A stretch of DNA of 64,000 nucleotides, taken from positions 288,001 to 352,000 of the forward strand of contig CAWFGO010000003.1 in assembly GCA_963815455.1 (NCBI GenBank). Direction: 5' to 3'. The notes beneath the pieces are model-generated. The model did not search any database and was not told the origin of the DNA. It was given only the letters and a program-made list of their open reading frames with translations. This DNA comes from an uncultured Verrucomicrobiae bacterium. Lineage in GTDB: Bacteria; Verrucomicrobiota; Verrucomicrobiia; Chthoniobacterales; UBA10450. Every line of letters begins with the position of its first letter. The stretch's first letter is position 1. This document shows positions 19,421 through 27,715 of the stretch, piece by piece. The translations under genes and the position numbers were made by a program.

Positions 19421-20074
19421 CTATCGCTCTGCCGAGATCAAACCACTGCGAATTGCGTATCGCACCAAGCCGGGAATGTCATGGATGTTCAATCGTTCCA
19501 TTAGTTGCAGTCGATGGGATTCGATCGTTTTTACGCTGACGTTCAGCTGGCAGGCGATCTCCTTCGTATTCGTTCCTTCCGCGATCAGTTGCAGGATTTC
19601 GCGCTGGCGCGGCGTGAGGTGTTCGAGCGGCCCCGACTCGCCACCGACTCGTTCGAGGTAGTTATCGATCACGGTCCGCGAAATCGAAGGGCTTAGGTAG
19701 GTCTTGCCTTGTGCGACCGAATTGATGGCGAGTTCCAGCTCCGCTGTCGCCGCGTCTTTAAGCATATATCCGGCAGCGCCGTTCCGCAACGCGCGAATGA
19801 CGTATTCCTCATTTGCGTGTGCAGAAAGGATGATCACATTTACGCTCGGGAAATCCTTCGTGATTCGCGGCAGCGCCTCCAGCCCTCCCAGTTCCGCCAT
19901 TGCGATATCCATCAAGACAAGGTTTGGCAGCTCTGATTTCACTAATTCCAGCGTCTCGCGCCCGCTGTTAGCTTCACCGATCACTTCGACATTGGGAATC
20001 TTCTCGAGTAGTGCGCGGATACCAGCACGCACGAGGGCATGATCGTCAGCGAGCAACACACGTGTTGCATTCAT
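19421..20074 (-). CDS. NarL/LuxR family response regulator
   Basis: REC domain plus LuxR HTH (LTPRQREILQLIAEG). Overlaps the stop of the upstream kinase. Confidence 0.95.
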   Translation of the reverse strand: MNATRVLLADDHALVRAGIRALLEKIPNVEVIGEANSGRETLELVKSELPNLVLMDIAMAELGGLEALPRITKDFPSVNVIILSAHANEEYVIRALRNGAAGYMLKDAATAELELAINSVAQGKTYLSPSISRTVIDNYLERVGGESGPLEHLTPRQREILQLIAEGTNTKEIACQLNVSVKTIESHRLQLMERLNIHDIPGLVRYAIRSGLISAER

Positions 20075-21891
20075 TTTGCAAGATTGCGATTCTCGCGCTC
20101 GGGCCGAACGGTTAACGGCAGAGATACGTCAATCGTCGTTCCTTTATTTGGCGACGAGATAGTCTTTGCCCGCCCACCGACCAAGCAAGCACGTTCTTTT
20201 ATTCCGATCAAACCAAGACCAATCCCTTGCCGTGATTCGACGTCCAAGCCGACGCCGTTATCGCGAACCAGAAGTCGCAATTTCCCGTTCTTGCATCGAA
20301 GATCGAGATCGATGTGCGTAGCATGGGCGTGGCGCAGCGCGTTGGTGATCGCTTCTTGCGCAATGCGGAAACAAGTTGTCTGAATTTCCGGATCGAGCTT
20401 CTCCGGCGTATTTTTCTCGGAAAAACGCACTTCCACCGACGCACGGCGTCCTTGTTGGTCGAGCAATGAACGGAGCGCGGGAACCAACCCCAGGTCGTCA
20501 AGCATCGACGGACGCAGATCGAGGGAGATCTGTCGCACCTGGCCGAGCAAGCGGTCGAGAATTGCGGTCGTCTCTTGGACCCGCGCAACGGTTGCACTAC
20601 CGCCGTTACCTGTGACCGATTGCAGATTGATCTTGGCCGCGGTCAGCGCCTGGCCTATTTCATCGTGCAACTCTCGTGCGAGATGACGCCGTTCCTCTTC
20701 TTGAACCTCGAATAACCGGCGCGAAAGAAATCGCAGTTGACGATTCGCCTCTTCCAGTTCCTTCGCCGCCCGCTTCCGCTCGGTGATGTCCTGCAAAACA
20801 CAGGCGATTCGATCGATTCCGCCTGGGCCTTCAATCGGAGAGTAAGAGACGAGGATGTCGCGTTCGCCGTGCTGCTCGAAGTGGTATTTTGTTTCGTATC
20901 GGACCGAGTTGCCCTGCAGACACTCGTCGAATCGCGGCTTTACGACGGTTTCAAAAACCGCGCCAGTCAGCAGGTCGGGCACCAGTCGCCCGATCAATTG
21001 TTCGCGCTCCATCGCATGGTGTTTCAAGTAAGCGCGGTTGGCGAGCAGGTAGCGGTAATCGCGATCCACTACGATGATCATCTCCTCCAAGCCCTCGACA
21101 ACTCTCTCGTATTCCCGCAACCGTTCCTCGACGCGTTTGCGCTCGGTGATGTCGCGCGCCACACAAAACAGCAATCGATCGCCGTTGAGCCGGGCGCTTG
21201 TCGCGCAAACCTCGACGTCGAAGATGGAGCCATCTTGGCAGCGATGACGCGTTTCAAATACGGAACTTCCGTCCCCCAGTTTCTGGATTCTTTCCCGGAT
21301 CTCTTGACGATCCCACTGCGCATCCCAATCCGCGATGTTCAAACCTTTCAGGTCCGCCAGTGTGTACCCGCGCCGCTGCAGGAAGGCCGCGTTCGCTTCC
21401 TCCAAATTGCCCTCTTCGTCCACGACATAAATCGAATCCGTCGAGGTCTCCATCAGCGTCTTGTAACGCAGCGCTTGCGCATCGAGCGCCTTCTCCGTTT
21501 GGGTCAGTTCAGAAATGTCGACGCTGGCCCCTCCCACCATCACCACAGCTCCATCCTGATCAAGAATTGGAAACTTACTGACTATCTGCCAGCCTTGTTC
21601 CTTCGGAAAAGGCTCTATTGTTTGCAGGGCATTTTTCGTTTGAATGACCTGATTATCATTCGCGCGATAAGTCGATGCGATTTCCGCCGGCCAAAGCTCG
21701 GCATCGGTTTTCCCCACGGCATTGCGTAGTTGGCGGAAGGTCTCGTTTATATAGACATACCGGCCTTCGAGATCCTTTATCCAGGCGAAGCCTGGCATGT
21801 GATCCATAAACGCGGTGAAAAGCTTCTCGCTTTTGTGCAACGCTTCTTCGGCGCGCTTGCGCTCTTCAATATCGGTGTTCGTCCCTACCAT
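20071..21891 (-). CDS. PAS-domain sensor kinase (HisKA_3), N-terminally truncated or fused
   Basis: Begins in a PAC remnant (GTNTDIEERKRAEE), followed by 3 PAS domains, ARELHDEIGQ and a HATPase domain. Confidence 0.88.
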   Translation of the reverse strand: MVGTNTDIEERKRAEEALHKSEKLFTAFMDHMPGFAWIKDLEGRYVYINETFRQLRNAVGKTDAELWPAEIASTYRANDNQVIQTKNALQTIEPFPKEQGWQIVSKFPILDQDGAVVMVGGASVDISELTQTEKALDAQALRYKTLMETSTDSIYVVDEEGNLEEANAAFLQRRGYTLADLKGLNIADWDAQWDRQEIRERIQKLGDGSSVFETRHRCQDGSIFDVEVCATSARLNGDRLLFCVARDITERKRVEERLREYERVVEGLEEMIIVVDRDYRYLLANRAYLKHHAMEREQLIGRLVPDLLTGAVFETVVKPRFDECLQGNSVRYETKYHFEQHGERDILVSYSPIEGPGGIDRIACVLQDITERKRAAKELEEANRQLRFLSRRLFEVQEEERRHLARELHDEIGQALTAAKINLQSVTGNGGSATVARVQETTAILDRLLGQVRQISLDLRPSMLDDLGLVPALRSLLDQQGRRASVEVRFSEKNTPEKLDPEIQTTCFRIAQEAITNALRHAHATHIDLDLRCKNGKLRLLVRDNGVGLDVESRQGIGLGLIGIKERACLVGGRAKTISSPNKGTTIDVSLPLTVRPERENRNLAK

Positions 21892-22238
21892 CTTAGTTCC
21901 AATTCGGCCGTCGCTGCATCTTTAAGCATGTAACCGGCTGCGCCAGTTCGCAGCGCGCGAATGACGTATTCCTCGTTCGCGTGCGCGGAAAGAATGATCA
22001 CTTTTACACTCGGGAAATCTTTTGCGATTCGTGGCAGCGCCTCCAGTCCGCTTAATTCCGCCATCGCAATATCCATCAACACAAGATCCGGCAGCTTTGA
22101 TTTCACTAATTCCAACGCCTCTCGCCCCGTGCCAGCTTCGCCGACCACTTCGACATTCGGGATTCATTCGACCAAGGTCCGAATACCGATGCGTACCAGC
22201 GAATGGTCGTCAGCTAACAATACACGTGTCACAGTCAT
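21885..22238 (-). pseudogene. Truncated NarL-type regulator (REC domain only; close paralog of 19421..20074)
   Basis: MTVTRVLLADDHSLVRIG (frameshift near 22168)...GAAGYMLKDAATAELELRW*. The HTH is missing. Confidence 0.8.
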
Positions 22239-23654
22239 TTTCCAATACGACCGCCTACGGACTCGGGTTGAAGGCTTAAAGGCAAAGATATATCGATCGT
22301 CGTTCCCTTATTTGTTTCTGAAATAATTTTGGCCTGCCCACCAACGAGGGCCGCGCGCTCTTTTATTCCGATCAGACCAAGCCCAGCCGTTCGCGACTTG
22401 ACGTCGAAGCCAATGCCGTTATCGCGAATCAAAAGTCGCAATTTTTCATTCTCGCGATGAAGATCGACATCGATTCGCGCGGCTTTGGCGTGACGCACAA
22501 CGTTGGTGATTGCTTCCTGAACAATGCGAAAACATGTCGTCTGTATCTCTGCGTGAAGATTTTCCGGCACGTCGTGGGGAGAAAAGTGCACCTCGATTGA
22601 TGCGCGACGTGCCCTTTCATCGAGGATAGAACGCAACGCCGGGACGAGTCCAAGGTCATCCAGTATGGATGGGCGCAAATCGAGGGAAATCCGCCGGACC
22701 TGTCCGAGCAGCCTGTCCAGGATCGCGACCGTTTCCTGGAGCTTCGGAGAGATTGAAGCGCCGCCGTCACGCATCGCGGATTGCAAATTGATTTTTGCGG
22801 CCGTGAGCGCCTGGCCGACTTCGTCGTGCAATTCACGCGCGAGATGGCGACGTTCAATTTCCTGCGCCTGCACCAGTTGTTGCGAAAAGCTGCGCAGCAG
22901 AAGCGTGCGCTCTTGCAGTCGATCTGTTTGTGAGGTGAGCACCACGACTACCAGGATCATGACGTTGGCCGCGCCGAGGCCAAGAACACCTAGAGCGGGG
23001 ACCGGGACCGCGTGGGACAAATTCGGCAGCACATCGGATATAGTAAAACTGGTGCCAGCCATCGCGGTGTAATGCATGGCTGAAATTGCGGCCCCAAGCA
23101 AAAGCGCGCTTCCAAACTTGCCCCCTATGTGACCGATGGAGGTTTCTCTGAAAAAGAACATTAACCAGAGCGACGAGAGCGAAAATCCTATTGCGACTAC
23201 GACCGAAAGGCTCACCAGCGGCGGCGAGTAATGGCACATTGCCTTTAGTCGCATTGAATCCATCGCGACGTAATGCAGAGCCACGATGCCTCCGCCCATG
23301 AAAATGCTGGCGCACATGGCGCGCACGAAACCCATTTTCTGCCGGCTCACGACAAACAAGCCCAAGAGGGTGGCGAAAAGACTAGCTAAGTAGGATAAAA
23401 AAGCTGTCGGCCAATCATACTGCACCGGAATCGGCAAACAAAAGGCCAGCATTACCGACGTAATGCATCGACCAGGTGCCGATTGCCATGGCGATGCTGC
23501 CGCCGATCCACCAATACAATCGAGTTCGGCTGCGAGATTCGGTAACTCGTTCCGCCAGTTCAATCGTGCAGTAGCCGCCCATCACAGCGACTAAAACCGA
23601 CAGAGTGACGAACCCGTAATCGTAGTATCCGAGCATGAGCTCCCCAGGAGTCAT
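22235..23654 (-). CDS. MHYT-domain sensor histidine kinase (HisKA_3), one frameshift near 23455
   Basis: ORF 23415..23654 (GTWSMHYVG) plus ORF 22235..23563 (LHYVAM, AMHYTAM, ARELHDEVGQ). Confidence 0.88.
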
Positions 23655-23946
23655 AGGCTGCTCCTTCGTCTCCTGAAATTGAGGAAGTCTCTTTCGCCGC
23701 TTTTGTCGCGGACGAGAGCTGTCGATCTTGCGCGGCTATAGAAGTCCCGCGGCCGTCGCCCTGTTCGGCCTGGCACCCCACCGACGATTCGCTCTGGGGA
23801 GTATGCTCTCTATATTAGTACAATCGAAATTCGAGCCGCCGCGGTCTTGCCACACTTAAACTTCTATGCTCGAACCAAGAGCAAGTCTCAGTGCATCCGA
23901 TAATGAGCTCCCTGCTCTTAATAGTAACAGCTCCACTTTTTCAAAG

Positions 23947-24019
23947 TGGAGCCTAGGGGATTCGAACCCCTGACCTCCTCAATGCCATTGAGGCGCTCTA
24001 CCAACTGAGCTAAGACCCC
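23947..24019 (-). tRNA. tRNA-Ala(GGC), CCA not encoded
   Basis: GGGGTCTTAGCTCAGTTGGTAGAGCGCCTCAATGGCATTGAGGAGGTCAGGGGTTCGAATCCCCTAGGCTCCA: cloverleaf, anticodon GGC, G3:U70 pair. Confidence 0.97.
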
Positions 24020-24155
24020 GAAGGAATTGCTGATCTTAGATTGCTGATGGCTGATTGCAACTATCGCGCGACAATTGAAAATTATCGCCTTTGGAGTCGT
24101 CGCGCCACGGCTTCAACGCTGGCCGACGCGTTCATTTTGCCACGCCTGCGAAGGG

Positions 24156-24860
24156 CTACCGCAATCGAAAGCTGGGAGAATATAACTTCTTCGCCGCAAC
24201 CAAGCCAGGCAGTGCGATAAGCAGGAGGGCCAGAGTGGAACCACCCTCGGGAACGGAAGGGCCCTTTGCCGTGACCGTCATACTGCTGACGGATGTGCCG
24301 TCGAAATTCAGGCTCAGAATCTGGCCGCTCAGGTTCCCAATGACCCAAGGGTTAGCGAAGGCGATGCTAGTAACCATCGGAGTGCCAAGCGGAATGCCGA
24401 AGTCGGGATCACCCGCAACCGCAGGGGAAAAAATCCCAGCGAAACCAAAGCCTAATATGAGATCGGCCAGACCGGCACCCGATACCGACGATGGAGTTCC
24501 GTAATCCTGGAAGTAGTAATGGCCCGAACTCGCGTCCGTGGCAAAACTGCCTATCATGCCGAAATCAAAAACGGACATGGCAGCGAATTCCCCAATACCG
24601 TCGCCGACTATACCCCCGGCGTATACATCCGTATCGCTTGTGGTCATGCCGGTGATGCTGAATGCGACGCCCGAGAGATCAATCGGACCCATGCCAAGAT
24701 TCACGAAAGAGCCGCTGGCGGCCGTCATGCTGAAGCTATAATTTAGCAGTACGGCCCGGGCATTGCGTGCAGGTCCAAACGCTACGAGCACGCATGCGGC
24801 GAGTGGGGCGAGCCAGGCAGATGTGCGACCCAAATTGAGAAGGGTTTTTGGATTTTTCAT
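24156..24860 (-). CDS. Secreted protein with a VPDSG-CTERM/PEP-CTERM-like sorting signal
   Basis: Signal peptide and a Gly/Ser-rich body. C-terminus VPEGGSTLALLLIALPGLVAAKK. Confidence 0.75.
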   Translation of the reverse strand: MKNPKTLLNLGRTSAWLAPLAACVLVAFGPARNARAVLLNYSFSMTAASGSFVNLGMGPIDLSGVAFSITGMTTSDTDVYAGGIVGDGIGEFAAMSVFDFGMIGSFATDASSGHYYFQDYGTPSSVSGAGLADLILGFGFAGIFSPAVAGDPDFGIPLGTPMVTSIAFANPWVIGNLSGQILSLNFDGTSVSSMTVTAKGPSVPEGGSTLALLLIALPGLVAAKKLYSPSFRLR

Positions 24861-25087
24861 TGGTGGTAAGTCTCCGGCTTATTTTTGATGAATTGTGCTC
24901 GCTGCCGCCGTTGTCGGGGCGAGCCATTTACACTGCATCACTAATCGTGCCAGCGACGCGCGCTTCCGGGACTGGAATCGCCTCTCACGAGGGCAAAATA
25001 TTTGAAAAAAAATCCTGCGCTGATCGTCGCTTTCTAAAACGTGTAAGGCATCCCGACGATTCCGGGACGATTGTTAAAGATTCCAGA

Positions 25088-25897
25088 TCACCGCGCGACG
25101 ATTGAAATCATCGCTTTTTGAGCAAGATCGACAATCTTGTCGCGCTCCAGCAGGAGCGTCTTGCCCGCTTCGACCGCGATGACGCGCAACTTCGCCTCGG
25201 TCGCGACTCGGATCGTTTCTACTCCGATCACCGGTACATCGAACCGCATGTCCTGATCGGGCTTGGCCGCTTTGACCATGACCGCGCCTTCGCGCGCCAG
25301 CGCACCACCGCGCTTGATCGCTTCGTTCGTTCCTTCAAACGCTTCCACCGCCAGCACCGTCCCGTTTTTCACAATCACGGTCTGACCAACGTCGAGCCGG
25401 GCCACTTCCTTGACGATATTCCACCCAAGATCGACATCGCCTTCCTCGCGCCGCGATAATTTTGGTCCGACGATCAACCCGGCCGGCGCCAGCGAATCTT
25501 CCAGGAAACTCGTAGCCGGCAGAAGTTCGACACCGATTTTGGTCAGCTCGTTAGCGATCGCGGCAAAAATTGATTCGGCATTCCGCTGTTTCAAACGCAC
25601 GAGTAGAAGCAGCGCTTTCCAATCCGGGCGCAGGTCGAACAGATTCGACGGCGCGATCTGCCCCGCCATGATCGCGTGCTGAATTTTCTGCGCCCGAAAG
25701 AATTTGAGCAACCGGCTCAATTGTCCAACCCGCATCCACTCAATAAGATCGACATGTTCCGCCAAAGCCGGATCGGTTTCATCGGTGAACGCGGTCGCGA
25801 CAATTTTCTTTACTCCGGCCTTGCGCGCAGCGTCGGCCAGTTCTCGTGGATAAACCCCGTTCCCCGCAATAATTCCGAGGATCTCCGGCGATTGCAC
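25088..25897 (-). CDS. lpxI: UDP-2,3-diacylglucosamine diphosphatase LpxI family
   Basis: LGIIAGNGVYP, DVGQTVIV...AVEAFEGTN and KPDQDMRFDVPVIG motifs. Confidence 0.9.
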   Translation of the reverse strand: MQSPEILGIIAGNGVYPRELADAARKAGVKKIVATAFTDETDPALAEHVDLIEWMRVGQLSRLLKFFRAQKIQHAIMAGQIAPSNLFDLRPDWKALLLLVRLKQRNAESIFAAIANELTKIGVELLPATSFLEDSLAPAGLIVGPKLSRREEGDVDLGWNIVKEVARLDVGQTVIVKNGTVLAVEAFEGTNEAIKRGGALAREGAVMVKAAKPDQDMRFDVPVIGVETIRVATEAKLRVIAVEAGKTLLLERDKIVDLAQKAMISIVAR

Positions 25898-25910
25898 TTC
25901 TCAAAGAGTC

Positions 25911-26132
25911 TTATGCGACTGCAGCGGCTTCATGCCGAAGGAGCAGCAAATCCGATCGCTTCAATTCTTTGAGCGCAATGGTCTGGCCCTTGGAGTCCAA
26001 AAACTCGATCTCAAAGACGTCTGGCGCCAGGACCTCAACTACTGTCCCCACTTGCCCGGCAACCAGCCCTTCGTTAGGCTGGTCAACCAGCAACGCGACT
26101 ACGTCGAGCAGTTTCACCGGCGGCGTTTGCAT
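25911..26132 (-). CDS. DUF4926 domain protein
   Basis: KLLDVVALL.D...GLVAGQVGTVVE...FEIEF.D..G.T pattern. Confidence 0.8.
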   Translation of the reverse strand: MQTPPVKLLDVVALLVDQPNEGLVAGQVGTVVEVLAPDVFEIEFLDSKGQTIALKELKRSDLLLLRHEAAAVA

Positions 26133-26139
26133 CGGATAT

Positions 26140-26471
26140 TCATAGCACGTAACAGCTGACCAATCGAGGGAAAGTCTCTCCGATGCGCACAATCCAGACA
26201 CTTCGTAAGCGGGCCGATCTCTCCTCACGCCTGGTCAGGAAATCAATCAGGTAGCGTTGTCCAAACTCCGTTTTTCGCCCAAGCTGGCATGGCTCGTTGT
26301 GCGCAGCCTCCAGCAATTTCCCGCGTAGCCATTCGGCATCTTCCTTCGTTAAACCGAGAGCTGCCCTGAAAACTCGCGCCTTATGTTTTCCTTCCCGGTG
26401 TCCAGAATTCAGGGAATAATCGCGAAGCTTAACGATGTCCACAATGCGTTCCCGCCATTTGGCAGCTTCAT
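26140..26471 (-). CDS. DUF6883-like protein (frameshift near the 5' end)
   Basis: ATG at 26471 gives MKLPNG, then VDIVKLRDYSLNSGHREGKHKARVF...SVWIV...PRLVSCYV. Directly upstream of DUF4926. Confidence 0.75.
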
Positions 26472-26583
26472 TTGAAGCTGAGCAACCGGCTTAATTGGCC
26501 AACGCGCATGGTGGGCTCATTTTAGGAATTGAGCGGAAGAGCAAACATGAAAACAAGATGACCGCGTGGTTGGCGAGCAGGTG

Positions 26584-27093
26584 TTATTTCCTGTCACCCT
26601 CCTCTCCTTCGCCCGCATCCTTGTCCCACTGTTCCAAGAACCCGCCGGTAATGCGGTTGATCAGGTCCACCGTAAATCGGTCGCTAAATCCCCCAATAAA
26701 GGCGAGAGCATTCAACCAAAGAAGAGTGTTGAAATCTTTGAGTTCGCCATTTGGTGTGAGTAAATCGGCGCCAACGAGGCGTCCTCCGCCGAGGGCGACA
26801 AAGTAGATAACCGCTCCCATGACCAAGCCGATGATCGGTTTGGCCACCACCCATGTATAGAGCTCAATTCCCGGAGTATTCCGTCGATAAGCCAGCCGAT
26901 AGAGGACAGCGACCATCCCGCCAAGAAAACTCCACTGCAAAACCGCAACGGGGACCCACGCAATAGTGAAAGGTTTCGTGTCCCAAAGCAGGTATGAGAG
27001 CAGTCCCATAATGATCAGCAAGGCTGCCACGTAAACGATCGTAACCCAGAAAAGCTTCTTTTGTTCGTTCATGGGTGCAGTCTCGGCCTCCAT
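26584..27093 (-). CDS. Hypothetical 4-TM membrane protein
   Basis: Four hydrophobic helices with motifs LGGMVAVLYR, KPIIG and AFIGGFSDRF. Confidence 0.7.
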   Translation of the reverse strand: MEAETAPMNEQKKLFWVTIVYVAALLIIMGLLSYLLWDTKPFTIAWVPVAVLQWSFLGGMVAVLYRLAYRRNTPGIELYTWVVAKPIIGLVMGAVIYFVALGGGRLVGADLLTPNGELKDFNTLLWLNALAFIGGFSDRFTVDLINRITGGFLEQWDKDAGEGEEGDRK

Positions 27094-27239
27094 CGACAGT
27101 CTCCTTTGTTTCGGTCGTTTTGGGCAAGACTGACAGACGACTCACATTTTCACGACACAAAAAAATGCCGCCAAACAAACCAAATCGGCCCGCGACGAAA
27201 AGTTGTTTACCCGATAGAAAAAAGGCGTAAGAAAAGAGC

Positions 27240-27506
27240 GTGATCGCAGCATTCTCCGGGTTCCTGGGCGGGCTGATGGCCCTGGCTATCTTCGCCCTGG
27301 TATTGGCGGTGGCCATCGCCTGGATCGCGTTCCCGTTTCTTATGTTGGATCGGTTTAAGAAGCTGCAAACGACTTCGGAAAAGATGCTGGTCGAGATGCA
27401 ATGGGCCAGGCATCACCTGGAAGCGATGCGCAAATACTACGAGGGACCTTCGGGCGACACGCCCGCCTCTACACCGGAACCGAAGCGGGAAAGTCTTTTA
27501 GTTTAA
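27240..27506 (+). CDS. Hypothetical small membrane protein
   Basis: Long N-terminal hydrophobic helix followed by a charged helical tail, 88 aa. Confidence 0.6.
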   Translation: MIAAFSGFLGGLMALAIFALVLAVAIAWIAFPFLMLDRFKKLQTTSEKMLVEMQWARHHLEAMRKYYEGPSGDTPASTPEPKRESLLV

Positions 27507-27557
27507 TCGGAGCCAATGGTGGCATGGGCGATGTGGTCGGGCGACGCGTAGAGCTTC

Positions 27558-27661
27558 TCTTTTTCCTCCCAGCGTGTTTCGCTGCAGTCGCCGCTACACT
27601 GAATCAATCAGGCCGACGAGCATCCAATCCTTAAAGTTGTAGCCGCTGGCGCCGACTGCGG
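27558..27661 (+). repeat. ~104-bp direct repeat, left copy
   Basis: Aligns with 30098-30202. Shared core AGTCGCCGCTACACTGAATCAATCAGG and TGTAGCCGCYGGCGCCGACTGCGG. Confidence 0.85.
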
Positions 27662-27715
27662 TTGATGATCTTTTTCCTGGCGTGATGATCAGAATCTGCT
27701 TTTCTACCGGAGCAC

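Larger units (their letters stand above)
14758..23970. mobile_element. Putative degenerate genomic island integrated at the tRNA-Ala 3' end (signalling cargo, no integrase seen)
   Basis: Direct repeat 14758-14781 TGGAGCCTAGcccgTTCactCCCC versus tRNA end 23947-23970 TGGAGCCTAGgggaTTCgaaCCCC (17/24, ungapped). The enclosed genes are all two-component signalling genes. Confidence 0.6.
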
